A stretch of DNA of 64,000 nucleotides from a virus (IMGVR_UViG_2974545560_000001:4746-68745); one strand, 5' to 3'. Shown: positions 44,726 through 55,844, counted from the first letter of the stretch. The notes: generated by a model from the letters alone, not told the origin. Translations and numbers: made by a program.

Positions 44726-45262
44726 TTAGATTGGATAGTGTTTGCCTTCCACCCTGTCAACTTTCGGCACGGTGAGCGTAAGTGATCTGGAGTGGGTAAT
44801 AACCACGTCAAATGAAGGCATAGCCTCCATCAACGATTTATCATCCAAAAAATATGGATTTGTTACTCTGGTTATCTTCAAAATCCTGAATCCCAGCTTA
44901 TTCATGCTTTGAATTATTGCACGGTGGGACAGGTATTTTTGAATGTAATTTACAACGTCCGATGGAGTCGGAATATTAAGATCACCGGGAACCTGCGGAA
45001 TAAGGGCGGATACTTTGATTGTTGTCTCGTAAGCCTGGGTTTCAGTGTCGCTAAACAGCTGCGCTACATCGTCCCATTTCTTTGTACGCTGGGCGACTCC
45101 ATATGGGACGTCAAAAAGTTTCTGGAAATATACAGTTGGCGCCGAGTTGGCGCCTTGTAATGTTGGTTGCTCTAATTGAATTACCTGGTAATCCCAATTA
45201 GCTGTCGCCAGCGCTTCTGAGAGCTTTGATCTGAATGTCGCTAGCAATTCGTTGTCTTTCAT
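44726..45262 (-). CDS. Tail terminator/neck protein
   Basis: 178 aa in the connector position. Confidence 0.65.
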   Translation of the reverse strand: MKDNELLATFRSKLSEALATANWDYQVIQLEQPTLQGANSAPTVYFQKLFDVPYGVAQRTKKWDDVAQLFSDTETQAYETTIKVSALIPQVPGDLNIPTPSDVVNYIQKYLSHRAIIQSMNKLGFRILKITRVTNPYFLDDKSLMEAMPSFDVVITHSRSLTLTVPKVDRVEGKHYPI

Positions 45263-45650
45263 ACTCAGCCGCCTCTTGCTGGGTCAGTCTTTTGATGCAA
45301 ACGCATAGGCAAGATGCCCAGCCGTCTTGCACATACCAAGTCGTTTCACTTTCTATTTGGTACAGCTTGTGACCAAATACGAACTGATCCCCTGACTCGT
45401 CACGGCCTATGTCTATCACGTCAACGGATGCGAAGACCTTCACATATTCCTTTTGGAAGTCAAGCCCCATGTCGTGATATTTATCACGTTTGACAGCTTG
45501 AACAGAGGCCATTAGCGTTACCGGTTGAGATCGCTTGGTGATGAATCGACCAACAGCGTCAGTCGTTCTGCCTTCATCACGCATATATGCAATTGGCTGG
45601 AATCTTATGGCTCTGTTGGCTACACGTAAAAGATTTATTCCAGGTATCAC
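45198..45650 (-). CDS. Head closure/stopper protein
   Basis: Start refined to GTG 45650 (GTGA overlap); IPGINLL...ASVQAV...QDGW. Confidence 0.7.
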   Translation of the reverse strand: MIPGINLLRVANRAIRFQPIAYMRDEGRTTDAVGRFITKRSQPVTLMASVQAVKRDKYHDMGLDFQKEYVKVFASVDVIDIGRDESGDQFVFGHKLYQIESETTWYVQDGWASCLCVCIKRLTQQEAAEYERQRIASDIQIKALRSAGDS

Positions 45651-46129
45651 CAGAAAACCCCTCCAACTTTTCGGAAGCCTTCGCGCTCTGGCAAGCCCCC
45701 TACGGAGAACCCGCCAACACCAACAATCCCTATAAGCGCCCAGATTTGCTGGCCATAAGGAGTGGATGCGAGCCAGAATTGCCAACCATTATTAACCGGG
45801 GGCGCAAGCTTGCTGACGGTGATCTCGTCGATGTGTGCGCTTGTGATGAATCCGCCTTGGTCTGGTACGCCTTGGGCGCCTGCCGCGCCACCGCCAGTCA
45901 TAGCCTGGCTGTTCTGAATCGATATGGTCATCAAATGCGCAGCCATCAGATTCAGGGAGTACTGCAGCGCTGCGCCATTCAATGCCCTGCATGGGCTGTC
46001 TCTGGAATCAATGAAAGATGCGCCCACGTTCCAGAATACTTCAATTTTAGCAGGAGGATACAGCGTCGTATCCGAGAACTCAGGCAGCTGCTGTCTGAAA
46101 AGAGTATCGTTGTACTGTGACATGGGCAA
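45647..46129 (-). CDS. Head-tail adaptor (DUF4054)
   Basis: FRQQLPEF...LMAAHL...STPYGQQIW motifs. Confidence 0.85.
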   Translation of the reverse strand: MPMSQYNDTLFRQQLPEFSDTTLYPPAKIEVFWNVGASFIDSRDSPCRALNGAALQYSLNLMAAHLMTISIQNSQAMTGGGAAGAQGVPDQGGFITSAHIDEITVSKLAPPVNNGWQFWLASTPYGQQIWALIGIVGVGGFSVGGLPEREGFRKVGGVFW

Positions 46130-46134
46130 TCACC

Positions 46135-46566
46135 TTAGATTCGGTTGTCGTCGTCAGATGATGACTTGACAGTCGTCGCTTTCACTTTTGTCGCCATGGT
46201 TTCCTTGTTCAGCTGACGGCGGCCATCGTCTTCCATGTCGTTTGACAGGCGGCGAATTTCTTTGTTGTTTTCTGAGATATCGTAGGTCACCACTTTGAGG
46301 TGGTTGTTTTCGATATGGCTCTTGAACATAGGGTGATCTTTGAGCACTGCATAATCAGCGTCTGAGATCTTGGTCACCGAGCCTTCAGCAGTCCAAATCG
46401 GGCGGCCGTCTTCAGTGGTGTGCATGTCACCAAAACCCGATTTTTCACTTGGAAGACTTGCGCCGCCGTGAATGGTGATGCTTTTCACCGGGGTTGGAAG
46501 TCCAGCCACGTCTTGGTAGATGCGATAAGATACAGCATTGGTCATTTTCGATAATACATAAATCAT
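46135..46566 (-). CDS. Virion-associated/packaging chaperone protein
   Basis: 143 aa directly after the major capsid gene. Confidence 0.6.
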   Translation of the reverse strand: MIYVLSKMTNAVSYRIYQDVAGLPTPVKSITIHGGASLPSEKSGFGDMHTTEDGRPIWTAEGSVTKISDADYAVLKDHPMFKSHIENNHLKVVTYDISENNKEIRRLSNDMEDDGRRQLNKETMATKVKATTVKSSSDDDNRI

Positions 46567-46623
46567 TTTGTAGTCCTCGTAATATAAGTGGCGACTTAGC
46601 CCCTACAGCCTGCGCCATCTGTG

Positions 46624-46656
46624 AAAAAGCCGGGCATTACACCCGGCTTTTATTTT
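46624..46656. terminator. Intrinsic terminator after the major capsid gene
   Basis: AAAAAGCCGGG...CCCGGCTTTT with A and T tracts. Confidence 0.8.
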
Positions 46657-46673
46657 ACTACGTTTGGCCTAAA

Positions 46674-47822
46674 TTAGATACCGATGACGCGCACGACCGC
46701 CCATGGACGTTTGCACAACACGCCAGCAATGGCGTTTGAATAGTCTTCGATATAAGACTTGGCTCGCTTCTCAACACCCAGGGTGATGAATTTGGTCTGT
46801 ACCAGTTGAGCGAATACTTCGCCGCCGTCGCTGGAGCCGTCAACAGAAGATGCGATGTCTTCGGCGTACAGATACATCATGTTGGTGGTCGCGTCTTTGC
46901 CCTGGAGTTCAGGCGCGGAAACGATGCGCAGTTTCGGATAGGTCTGTTTCAACCAGTCGCGAACGCTGATACCAAAGTCGGTGGTCACAGACAGGTAGTC
47001 GATGCGGTTCATCGGCAGAGCCAGTGTCATTTCGGTATCTTCTGGATCAATCTGATCTTGCGATTGGGTACGCAGTGTCATGATTGCCATACGGATATCA
47101 CCGATGATGTTCTGGAAGCTGCCAGCAGACCAGCTACCGGTAACAGACGATGTGATCGCCGGCAACAGGTTCGGGTCGTTCAGCAGACCGAAGGTGCGGT
47201 TGGTGCCGTTGACGTTCCAGCCGTAAAAGCCCACTGCGTTGCGGAAGATTTCGAGCGAAACGGAGGCCTGTTGGCGTTTGGTTTCTGCAGAGTTCAAGCG
47301 CATTGCTGCTGCGCGAGCTTCTTCAAGCAACGCGACCTGCATGCCCTGTTCGCCACGAACGATGGTGCGGCGCTCAAAGTTGGTGTTCCAGCTGGTCAGC
47401 GGAATATTGGTGTAGTCACCATACTCAGTCGCCACGCCGGAAGGTTCAACGATGCCCTGCACAATCTCTTCATCTTCCCAAGAGCCGACAGTTTTGATAC
47501 CAACCAGGTCATCGATTTTACGCGCTGAGGTCAGCACTTTCACGAAGCCTGGAAGCCATGTTTGCAGGAACTGAATCGGCGTCGGGATGGACGGCGCAGT
47601 TACCGGCATGGTGAAGTTGGCATCCATCGCAATGCCGGTGCGGAATGCGCCAGCCTTTTGAAGGTGGTGGATTTGGTCTTGAACCACAGAGTGGTCAAAG
47701 ACGATGCCCAGGCGCGCCAGTTGTGCAACTGCAGCGTTGGATACATCTTTCATATCCAGCGCTTTGCTCATCTGACGCGGAGCCAGGCGCGAGTGCGTTT
47801 TGCTGATTCGGTTAAATGACAT
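46674..47822 (-). CDS. Major capsid protein (DUF2184, HK97 fold)
   Basis: 382 aa; strong codon bias; VGFYG...GLLNDPNL motif. Confidence 0.92.
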   Translation of the reverse strand: MSFNRISKTHSRLAPRQMSKALDMKDVSNAAVAQLARLGIVFDHSVVQDQIHHLQKAGAFRTGIAMDANFTMPVTAPSIPTPIQFLQTWLPGFVKVLTSARKIDDLVGIKTVGSWEDEEIVQGIVEPSGVATEYGDYTNIPLTSWNTNFERRTIVRGEQGMQVALLEEARAAAMRLNSAETKRQQASVSLEIFRNAVGFYGWNVNGTNRTFGLLNDPNLLPAITSSVTGSWSAGSFQNIIGDIRMAIMTLRTQSQDQIDPEDTEMTLALPMNRIDYLSVTTDFGISVRDWLKQTYPKLRIVSAPELQGKDATTNMMYLYAEDIASSVDGSSDGGEVFAQLVQTKFITLGVEKRAKSYIEDYSNAIAGVLCKRPWAVVRVIGI

Positions 47823-47833
47823 CGCTGCGTTCC

Positions 47834-48493
47834 TTATTGAGTCAGCTGAACAATTGCATAAACACTAGCAGGCGTGCCAGCAGTAGATGCGATGATTTCG
47901 TGCGCTTCCATGACGCGGGCGTTTGGAATGGTGGTGAACACCTCAGCATCCAGCGTTGTGCCCTGAGCGAATGCCACCAGACCGCCTGCCGGAACGCCTG
48001 CCGGGTTCAAAGTCGCCAGCTTGGTTGCGTCGGCGTCAGCGCGAACGTAGGCAATGCCATAACCGAACGACACGGACTGCGGCGCGGTGGCGGCATTGAA
48101 CAGTTGAACGACAAGGCCGGTGACCATGTCAAAGAACTCGCCTTCACTGCCCAAAGGCAATGACATGCTCGGCGCCAGGGTGCCACCGTCTTGTGTCCCG
48201 CTGAGAACGTAGTGCTTTGGATGGCCAAGGATACCAAAGAAGTTGGCGCCACCAACAGACACGGTATAGCCGTCCAGAGCGCGAGTTGTCATGGCAGCGT
48301 TGGAGCCACCGAGGGTGCCCAGATCACCGGCATAACCGAATGCGCGCGTGATTACGCCGCCGGGTTCAACGGTTGCGGTTGGTTCGCCAACAGGGGCGAC
48401 GATGCGGCCTGGCTTGGCGCGTTTTGGGCCATCACGGACGATATCGCCGGGGAAGCCGGTTGTGAAGTTGCGACCTACAGTTTGTTGGAACAT
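47834..48493 (-). CDS. Head decoration/cementing protein
   Basis: FQQTV...GFPGDI...GP.RA; lies between the scaffold and capsid genes. Confidence 0.7.
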   Translation of the reverse strand: MFQQTVGRNFTTGFPGDIVRDGPKRAKPGRIVAPVGEPTATVEPGGVITRAFGYAGDLGTLGGSNAAMTTRALDGYTVSVGGANFFGILGHPKHYVLSGTQDGGTLAPSMSLPLGSEGEFFDMVTGLVVQLFNAATAPQSVSFGYGIAYVRADADATKLATLNPAGVPAGGLVAFAQGTTLDAEVFTTIPNARVMEAHEIIASTAGTPASVYAIVQLTQ

Positions 48494-48495
48494 TA

Positions 48496-49908
48496 TTATT
48501 CCCCTTTGATATACGAATCAATTTCCGGCGCTTCAGATGCAGAATCGACGGCATGACGTTTCAACAGGGCATCGGCTGCGCGTTTCTCTGCCAGTTCGAT
48601 GCCGTCCAGGTGAGCGTTCAAAACATCAAACGCTTTGCTATCGCCGACTTTCAGCTTCAGCTTACTAACCCCGTAAGCCACAACTTTAGCTGAATCCATA
48701 GCTGCATGATCGAAGGCTCCAACAACTTTAGACAGCCGGTCGTAGAGGCGATTCTTAACAGCAACATCATGGTAGAAATGCTGAAGCGCAGAATCGCCCG
48801 CATGCGCGTGCGTGCCCGCCGATGGCCCTGGGGAGGCTTTAGGCGTTTCGGTTGTGTTCTCGTCATCGGCGCAGACTTGAGCACCTGGGTTAGACGAATT
48901 TTGCAGGCCTTTAATACCTTCAACGGCATCAGTTGCACTTGGCTCATTGGTCATTCCTTCATCAACAGTGTCGCCGCCAGGCACTGCAGATTCCAGTTCG
49001 GCCAGCAGAGCTTTGATCTGCGGGATCAGTTGTGCCAGCGCATCACCGCCAGGCGCTTCTTCAGACGTGGTTGGTGCATCACCTGGCTGAGGCTGCTCAC
49101 CGGTTTCACCGGGTTGGTCAGCCGGATCTTGATCAGGAGATTCGCCGCTATTTTCTGGCTCCATGGCCACATCAGGGGCTTGCGCTTGCACTTGATCGTC
49201 TGGGTTGTCGCCGTCCTGATGAGCAGGCTCACTTGCCTCTTCATTCAGGAATTGCTGGAGCGCAGGAATCAACGCTTTCAGCTGTTCAACGGCGTTATCC
49301 CCAACTTTTTTCTTGACTGGAATCGGCATTGATTCGTCCTCATAGGGTTTAACAGACTCAAAACTGAGATGGTCAAATACAAGACCGTCCAGCACTCTAG
49401 CGCCTGGCACGCGACCTTCACCGACTAATGCGATGTGGTTGCCGCGCAATTTGGTTTGAACAACCTCATAAGGCTGACCGTTCCAAATGCCAGGCTTGTG
49501 TTCGAACTGGCATCCATAGCCAAGGCTCAAATCACTTTTGCCCTTTTGCAGTTCATCTTTCAGACTGCGTGAAAATACTTTTATGTCACCGCGCATCCAT
49601 GGTGAGTCGTAATAGACGTTGGAGGTGAGAATACCATCAACGCCTTTTTTCTCTGGCGCCGTGCCTTCTGAATCGTCAGTACCGTGGAGCATTTCGTGCT
49701 CATCGATGAATGGAACGTTTTTAAACGACTCAATCGCATCAGGGTCTGATACTGCAGATTCTGGTCGATAGACTTTGACGATGCGATTAGGATCACCAGG
49801 AAGCCCGACCTGCCGTGCGGAATAATCAAAGATGCCGAAAGATGACAACGGGCAGCCCTTGACTACTAAGAATCCGTTTTCATCTAGTTTTCGTGCTGAG
49901 TTTGACAT
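48496..49908 (-). CDS. Head maturation protease/scaffold (DUF2213)
   Basis: ENGFLVVKGCP, VYRPESAV, LSLGYGC and GNHIALVGEGR motifs plus an acidic scaffold tail. Confidence 0.88.
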   Translation of the reverse strand: MSNSARKLDENGFLVVKGCPLSSFGIFDYSARQVGLPGDPNRIVKVYRPESAVSDPDAIESFKNVPFIDEHEMLHGTDDSEGTAPEKKGVDGILTSNVYYDSPWMRGDIKVFSRSLKDELQKGKSDLSLGYGCQFEHKPGIWNGQPYEVVQTKLRGNHIALVGEGRVPGARVLDGLVFDHLSFESVKPYEDESMPIPVKKKVGDNAVEQLKALIPALQQFLNEEASEPAHQDGDNPDDQVQAQAPDVAMEPENSGESPDQDPADQPGETGEQPQPGDAPTTSEEAPGGDALAQLIPQIKALLAELESAVPGGDTVDEGMTNEPSATDAVEGIKGLQNSSNPGAQVCADDENTTETPKASPGPSAGTHAHAGDSALQHFYHDVAVKNRLYDRLSKVVGAFDHAAMDSAKVVAYGVSKLKLKVGDSKAFDVLNAHLDGIELAEKRAADALLKRHAVDSASEAPEIDSYIKGE

Positions 49909-49938
49909 CGTCGTTATCTCGTACAGTTCAACACGTGT

Positions 49939-49967
49939 ATTATATCGGTGCGTGTTTCGAAGAGCAA
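49939..49967 (-). promoter_or_regulatory. sigma70-like promoter for the head operon
   Basis: Minus strand TTGCTC(49967-62)-17-TATAAT(49944-39). Confidence 0.55.
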
Positions 49968-50045
49968 GCAATTGTTAACAGTATCCGGTGTTTGCCGCGA
50001 CTGTATTTGTTCGCTGATGCCACTTTATGTTTTTTATTGCCGCCG

Positions 50046-50371
<326 letters not shown>

Positions 50372-50524
50372 TAATCAGTCAATGCAGAATTAACAATGCT
50401 GCGGCAATAACAACAACGTCAACAACCATCAGCTTCCAGGAGAAAAATTTGCTGCATTTATAGCACTTAATACCATCAACTAACTCTGATTTTATGGTAT
50501 TGTGCTTGATAACGGCTGCGCGGC

Positions 50525-50734
50525 TCATAATCTGGTTTCCTTGATTCGTTGTAGTAGATTGAACAATTCTGAAAGCAACGCAAACAGCTCATCGCAATCA
50601 GTCGATTTGGCCTTATTTTTGCGTTGCTGTGAATAAGCAATCGCAACGGCCTGTTTTGGATCCTTTCCGGCGGCAATCTCACGTTCAACGTTCTCTTGCC
50701 TTGATTTGTTGGACGTGCCAGTTGATAATGGCAT
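50525..50734 (-). CDS. Small basic head-module protein
   Basis: MPLSTG.S....ENV..E...GK..KQAVAIAYS pattern common in phage head modules. Confidence 0.7.
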   Translation of the reverse strand: MPLSTGTSNKSRQENVEREIAAGKDPKQAVAIAYSQQRKNKAKSTDCDELFALLSELFNLLQRIKETRL

Positions 50735-50738
50735 AATA

Positions 50739-51578
50739 TTACCTTATTATAGGTCTGCGTCTACACCTGCAGTTTATTGCCCATCCTGGTGGGCCTTGGT
50801 CTGCGGCTGGGCCTTCCCACAGTCTTGGGTCATTTAATTTGTAAATAACGCCATTCCTTTCCAGGTGTGTTTTTCTAGGCACTTTACCAGCTGAAGAGTG
50901 CATCCATTCAAATTCCTCAACCCCATTCTCTTCCATCCTTTGGTCGCTGATTGAGCAATACAATTTACTCGTTTGATCCCTTGCAATTAGCTTAACCCTT
51001 TCCTTGGTTTTTATTCCGACTTCATTCAGCGCCTTTATTATTGCCTGCTGCCCTTGTTGTTCCGGGTTCGGCGAAGTAAGAGACAACATCACGGCTTCGT
51101 GTATCTTCTCATGGACTTCGTCGCTTAGGTTCGTGATTAGAGTGTAGTTGAACTCTTTACTGGCTTGTATCGTGTTATAGACGTTTTTATTGTAGGCCGC
51201 AACCGGTGATTTAAGTCCAGCCACCTTGAGGCTGTACAGGGTTGCTCCTGTGGCCTGTACTTCTGTCTTGTCCACAAACTTTTTCGCCGTCTCCTTGGCA
51301 AATCCCTTAAACACATCGCCCCATTTATTCTTTAGTCTCTTAAATAGCCTATTGAATATGCTAGTTGGTGATGCGTCCTCCGCGTAGAACTTTTTGATAT
51401 CCTTATTTTTGAATGCATCTTCGATTCCTGATTTATAATCGGCAATCATGGCATCGAAGATGGAATTCATTTGCTCTCTATACCAAGACTCAATTGGAGA
51501 GGATGGCACTATTGCCACCCCAACACCAATCGGCTGGTCTGCGCGGCGCTCTCTTTTTTTGGATGCTTTAAATGGCAT
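50739..51578 (-). CDS. Minor head protein (Mu gpF/SPP1 gp7-like)
   Basis: LIARDQTSKL, WMHS...RKTH and PGWAINCRC motifs. Confidence 0.9.
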   Translation of the reverse strand: MPFKASKKRERRADQPIGVGVAIVPSSPIESWYREQMNSIFDAMIADYKSGIEDAFKNKDIKKFYAEDASPTSIFNRLFKRLKNKWGDVFKGFAKETAKKFVDKTEVQATGATLYSLKVAGLKSPVAAYNKNVYNTIQASKEFNYTLITNLSDEVHEKIHEAVMLSLTSPNPEQQGQQAIIKALNEVGIKTKERVKLIARDQTSKLYCSISDQRMEENGVEEFEWMHSSAGKVPRKTHLERNGVIYKLNDPRLWEGPAADQGPPGWAINCRCRRRPIIR

Positions 51579-53937
51579 TCTTCTCATCCTTTGGAGCAAT
51601 AGGATTTGCCGAATGAGTTCCCTGTGCAGGGATGCTCATATCCCAATCTTTCAACCAACGTTTGAACTGATCCATTGGCATCCCGACAATGCCGTCATAT
51701 CCAGTCCAGTCATCACTAAATGCAGACTTGTAAGCCGCCTTGGCTTCCATAGCGCTTGCATATCCAAGCATTACTTTGTGCTCATCGAAATCATTAGAGT
51801 GCACGTCTTTTTGATTCACGACGAATACCTTTTGCGACGATGCATCTGGGCCAATGAAACAGTCAATCTCATCACCATCTGCCCCGATTGTGCCCTTTAT
51901 ATATCCATAGTGCATTGGCATTTTAACCTGCCAATTGCCATCCACTGAATTGCCCTTTCTAATGCTGCCTTTTGGGTTCTCCACGACTATGTTCAAGCCG
52001 CCAATTTTCATTTTGGGGAGTTGATCGGCACTCATTGACGGCATCACATCTTTTATCCCTCCTACTGAAGGGGATATTGACGGCTGCACGCTTGCGCCAA
52101 CGCTGCGCATCGGGTCGTGCCGTTTGAATTGCAGCTCACCGCCCTCTGGACGAACGATGTCAACAACAGCGTCCAGCTTTCCGTACAGATCAGCCAGCAA
52201 AGAGGACACGTGAGCCATGTTTGCTGGCGAGTCTTTGGCGTCGCTCTCTCTAGGCATTGTTGGATCAGTGTCCGGTAAAGGCTGCGAGCCTGTGTTGACG
52301 GATGGCTGCTCCGCCTTAGTCTCAGCCACCTCGGTCTTACCGATCGCGGCAATGCCCTTGGCCATTTCAGCACCGGCCTCTTGGAACTGGGCGATGTTTT
52401 CAGGGCTGAATCCAGGCGTCTTGTCGGCCGCTTCATCGGTCAGGTTGTAGCCACTGTATTTATCAGACTTAAGTCTTGAGCGCTCTTCATCAGGCGATAT
52501 CACACCGGCAGTAATCAATTGTACTCCTGTCTGCGCCTTTTTGTCATTCATCTCAGCACGTGCCTGAGTGGTTATTGAATCAACAGGCTCCCAGACGATA
52601 TTCAAGCCAATATCAATACCCTCTGACTTCATCAGGATAAGATAGTGGCGGTTGAGGAATGGAGTCATCATATTCGCTTGAATGGATTCCAATTCCTCGT
52701 GGTACGAAATTGTTTCAAATTCACCAGTGGCGTTGAACCCCTTCGGCGAAGTTCCAAGCAGCTTTGTTGCTGGAGTCTTGGCTATGGAGGCGACAAGCTG
52801 GTATTGGTTCATGATGACAGAATCAAAATCGGACAAGCTTGTGTCGAATTGATCCATGGTCTCTTCTGTACCAAGGACTTTTACCGCATGGTTATCTCGG
52901 AATTTAACCCACAGCCTGATTCTGTCCAAGAATTTCTCTTCATTTAGAACTGCCTTTTCCAGATCAACGTGGATTGCCGTCGTTCGCTTATTCATTGCGA
53001 GCAACGGCGCTTCGTTGGCGGTTCTCTCAGCGGCATAAACGCGCTCATAAATCCTTTGCACCAGTGGGATGCCGCCGAAATAATATGTCGGCTTGAGGAT
53101 ATCTGCTGGCTGAGCCGTTCTGCTAATGATCAGGTGGCTTCGGTGGTATTTGATTCCGTTAACCATCCAATACTCTGGATCATAGAAGTGGATGGACGCA
53201 GGATTGGACATGCAGTTTGACGTCAGCATCGGCGTCATCCAGTATGGATCGATTTGCGATATCCCTTTATACGATCCCTGTCGAACGCCATCGATGTTGA
53301 ACGGCTTCTCATAATACATTGGGTCATCAGAGTCAACGACGAATATCAGGATTCGAATGCCGAAGATATTGGTGAAGCGGAACATGTCTGTCATGTGCTT
53401 GTGCACGCCAAACTCAATATCAAGGTCGTCGATTTTTGACTTGAGTTCCATGGTCAATTCATCGTCGCCATCAGCCTTGAGAGTCCATCCGTTGCGCACC
53501 GCGTCTTCACCAGCAAGGGTACAGGCCTTGTCAACCAACCAGTGCTGTGCGATAAGTGCGCATGCTTGATACCCGATGAATCCCTGGCTCATGTACCATC
53601 CTTGGATGGAATCAGGAACCGAATATTCCGACGGTCGCATTTTGGCTGGCGACATCGGTGTTGGACTCATGCCGTCATCAGCAGCACTTTTGACCGGCAA
53701 CAACTTTCCGTCCATAGCATAATGGGTTGAGTTACCCGGAATATACACAGGAAATGAGCTAATATCTACAAAGTGCTTTTCGGTTGCCGCAGCTTCTTCA
53801 AAGCCTTTTGCGCTGTAGGTTCTTGCCAGCATATCCAATGGGTCAGCCTTTTTACGTGCATCATCCATCACCTTCTCTACAGCGTCTTTGGCGGTTTCGG
53901 TTGCCTTTCGGCGTAAAAAGCGATTAAATAGTTTCAT
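51568..53937 (-). CDS. Portal protein (DUF1073) with a C-terminal inorganic pyrophosphatase-like domain
   Basis: Portal core (IPATKLLG-like TPATKLLGTSPKGFNATGE); C-terminal ENPKGSIR...HYGYI..TIGADGDEIDCFIG...FDEHKVMLG. Confidence 0.88.
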   Translation of the reverse strand: MKLFNRFLRRKATETAKDAVEKVMDDARKKADPLDMLARTYSAKGFEEAAATEKHFVDISSFPVYIPGNSTHYAMDGKLLPVKSAADDGMSPTPMSPAKMRPSEYSVPDSIQGWYMSQGFIGYQACALIAQHWLVDKACTLAGEDAVRNGWTLKADGDDELTMELKSKIDDLDIEFGVHKHMTDMFRFTNIFGIRILIFVVDSDDPMYYEKPFNIDGVRQGSYKGISQIDPYWMTPMLTSNCMSNPASIHFYDPEYWMVNGIKYHRSHLIISRTAQPADILKPTYYFGGIPLVQRIYERVYAAERTANEAPLLAMNKRTTAIHVDLEKAVLNEEKFLDRIRLWVKFRDNHAVKVLGTEETMDQFDTSLSDFDSVIMNQYQLVASIAKTPATKLLGTSPKGFNATGEFETISYHEELESIQANMMTPFLNRHYLILMKSEGIDIGLNIVWEPVDSITTQARAEMNDKKAQTGVQLITAGVISPDEERSRLKSDKYSGYNLTDEAADKTPGFSPENIAQFQEAGAEMAKGIAAIGKTEVAETKAEQPSVNTGSQPLPDTDPTMPRESDAKDSPANMAHVSSLLADLYGKLDAVVDIVRPEGGELQFKRHDPMRSVGASVQPSISPSVGGIKDVMPSMSADQLPKMKIGGLNIVVENPKGSIRKGNSVDGNWQVKMPMHYGYIKGTIGADGDEIDCFIGPDASSQKVFVVNQKDVHSNDFDEHKVMLGYASAMEAKAAYKSAFSDDWTGYDGIVGMPMDQFKRWLKDWDMSIPAQGTHSANPIAPKDEKNAI

Positions 53938-53977
53938 AAAGTGCGTCGCCGTTGGGTTTCTGTGGACATAATCGCCT

Positions 53978-54006
53978 ATTATACCCGCGCGCGTGGATTT
54001 GAACAA
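53978..54006 (-). promoter_or_regulatory. sigma70-like promoter for the portal gene
   Basis: Minus strand TTGTTC(54006-01)-17-TATAAT(53983-78). Confidence 0.55.
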
Positions 54007-54093
54007 CACAGCATTTTGTGTACTATCTACAGCAGCTTGCTTGATCTTGCGACGGGTTGCGTTATAATTGAACCATCAACTGGAGTAGTGATT

Positions 54094-54282
54094 ATGGTAA
54101 TCGGATACGTTCTTATGATTGTGACTTGTAGTTTCAACGGTCAGTACTGCAACGGCGAAATCTACAAACAGGACGGTAACGCCATCTATGCGACAGAGCA
54201 AGAGTGCCTTGCGCGTGCGGATTACTACAACGAATACTTTCACCCTGCCGGCGATTTGGGCTGTGGCGAAGTGCAACGCTGA
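54094..54282 (+). CDS. Small Cys-containing exported protein
   Basis: MVIGYVLMIVTC...four Cys; GGAG RBS. Confidence 0.55.
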   Translation: MVIGYVLMIVTCSFNGQYCNGEIYKQDGNAIYATEQECLARADYYNEYFHPAGDLGCGEVQR

Positions 54283-54307
54283 TTTAAACTAACCACTAGG
54301 TGGCTAT

Positions 54308-54604
54308 ATGAACGCAAACGAATTGATTCCGTTCAAGGAACAGCCTGATCACCTTCAGGTTGTTCAATATACAGGCGACGGTTTCACACGCCTGTACTTC
54401 TACAGCAGCCATCCGATGGACTTCGCCTTCTTTATCACCAAAAAGGTCGCTGATCGCAAATCTTTTACGGTAGAATACTTAACCAATATTGAGTCTGGTG
54501 AAGTAAACCGTGAAGAGCGCGCAGTGGTCGAATTCCCTAGCAGCGCAAAGCTGGTAGAGTTCATCAACTTCAAACTAACTATGTTAATTAAGGATGGTTT
54601 CTAA
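54308..54604 (+). CDS. Hypothetical protein
   Basis: 98 aa; AGGTGG RBS. Confidence 0.6.
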   Translation: MNANELIPFKEQPDHLQVVQYTGDGFTRLYFYSSHPMDFAFFITKKVADRKSFTVEYLTNIESGEVNREERAVVEFPSSAKLVEFINFKLTMLIKDGF

Positions 54605-54972
54605 TGCGTGTTAAAAACGACCACTGGAATGCAGATCAATACATCGCCCTGGCGTCCAACCTTTTCCCAGGCGTAACCCTCTCTCAGCTCGTAAGTGCCA
54701 CAGGCTCCAACGCCAAAAGTGTTCTGTATAGACTTCAAGCGTTGGGCTTGGCAAAGCCGACTGTCAACGCGCCGCTGGCTGCTGACTCCTGCGGCTGGAA
54801 CTGGCTCAACAAGGTTCGCATGGGCAAGTTCATCGTCTTAAACAAAGATGGTTCGGTGATGGTTGATCTATATCCAATCATCAAGGCGTATGGGTGGAAG
54901 CAAATCACCACCAATACGCTTCTCAACGGTTTGTATCGATTTGATCCTTTCGACTGCCAGATCAAAAAGTAG
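54604..54972 (+). CDS. Hypothetical protein (possible N-terminal HTH)
   Basis: PGVTLSQLVSATG....SVLYRLQALG; TAATG coupling. Confidence 0.6.
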   Translation: MRVKNDHWNADQYIALASNLFPGVTLSQLVSATGSNAKSVLYRLQALGLAKPTVNAPLAADSCGWNWLNKVRMGKFIVLNKDGSVMVDLYPIIKAYGWKQITTNTLLNGLYRFDPFDCQIKK

Positions 54973-54991
54973 AATATTTTTGAAGTTTTTG

Positions 54992-55031
54992 TTGACGCAT
55001 CAGATTTTCTGAGTTATTATTTAACTCAGAA
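54992..55031 (+). promoter_or_regulatory. sigma70-like promoter with perfect 10-bp inverted repeat over the -10 box
   Basis: TTGACG-17-TATTAT; TTCTGAGTTA(55007-16)/TAACTCAGAA(55022-31). Confidence 0.85.
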
Positions 55032-55055
55032 CCCAACCTATTTGAGGATATCAAA

Positions 55056-55844
55056 ATGCAACAGTCAAAAATCTTCTACATTTCATCCGGCGCTAAAAAC
55101 GCGATGTACACCCTTCGAACCATCATCCGTGGCAACGGATTCGAGGTCGATAATTACATCTGCAATCTGGCAACTGATCCAGAGCGCGCAGAGGAAAAGG
55201 CAGAGGCTTATTTCGACGCTTTCGTTGCACGCATAGGTAATAGCAGTGCCATCAAATTTCTGTATCAAGGTTATGCGGATTTTCAACTGTTTGAACGTTC
55301 AGGCGCTCTTTCCGTACTTGACACAGAGCGTCTGGCTGAAGTCGAAAATGGAATCATGCCTTTCGGAAAGCATAAAGGTCGCGTGATTGAAGAGTTGCCA
55401 ATGTACACCATTCTTTGGTGGGCTGACCAAGCCAGTGACGTGCACAACATCAAAGAGCGCGTTTTCCAAGCCGTCTGCGCCCGTTGCCTTGGCGTCGCTT
55501 TGGATAAAGGCTACATCGAGCAACGCAAGATTGACCGTGAGGAACGTGTTGCAGCAGAAGAGGCGGCAAAAGCCGCGTCCAACTACATCGGCGAAGTCAA
55601 ACAGCGCCTGGAATTTGAAGGCGTGATTGAAGCTTCCATCGACCTCGGCGCCAAGCAAGTCGCTTGGAATACTTGGGTTGAGAACTATCTCAACAAAATC
55701 ATGGTAAACGGCAATGTCGTGATCTATTTTGGCAAATGCCTCGGCGAAAAGGGCGATGCTATCAAAATGAAAGCGACCGTTAAGGAACACAACGAGCGCG
55801 ACGGAATGAAGCAAACTATCGTCAATCGCCCTTCGGTGTACTAA
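55056..55844 (+). CDS. Protein with a MPFGKHKG (DUF3820-like) motif and a C-terminal OB-fold-like domain
   Basis: MPFGKHKGRVIEELP..ILWW; C-terminal KATVKEHNERDGMKQTIVNRP. Confidence 0.7.
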   Translation: MQQSKIFYISSGAKNAMYTLRTIIRGNGFEVDNYICNLATDPERAEEKAEAYFDAFVARIGNSSAIKFLYQGYADFQLFERSGALSVLDTERLAEVENGIMPFGKHKGRVIEELPMYTILWWADQASDVHNIKERVFQAVCARCLGVALDKGYIEQRKIDREERVAAEEAAKAASNYIGEVKQRLEFEGVIEASIDLGAKQVAWNTWVENYLNKIMVNGNVVIYFGKCLGEKGDAIKMKATVKEHNERDGMKQTIVNRPSVY

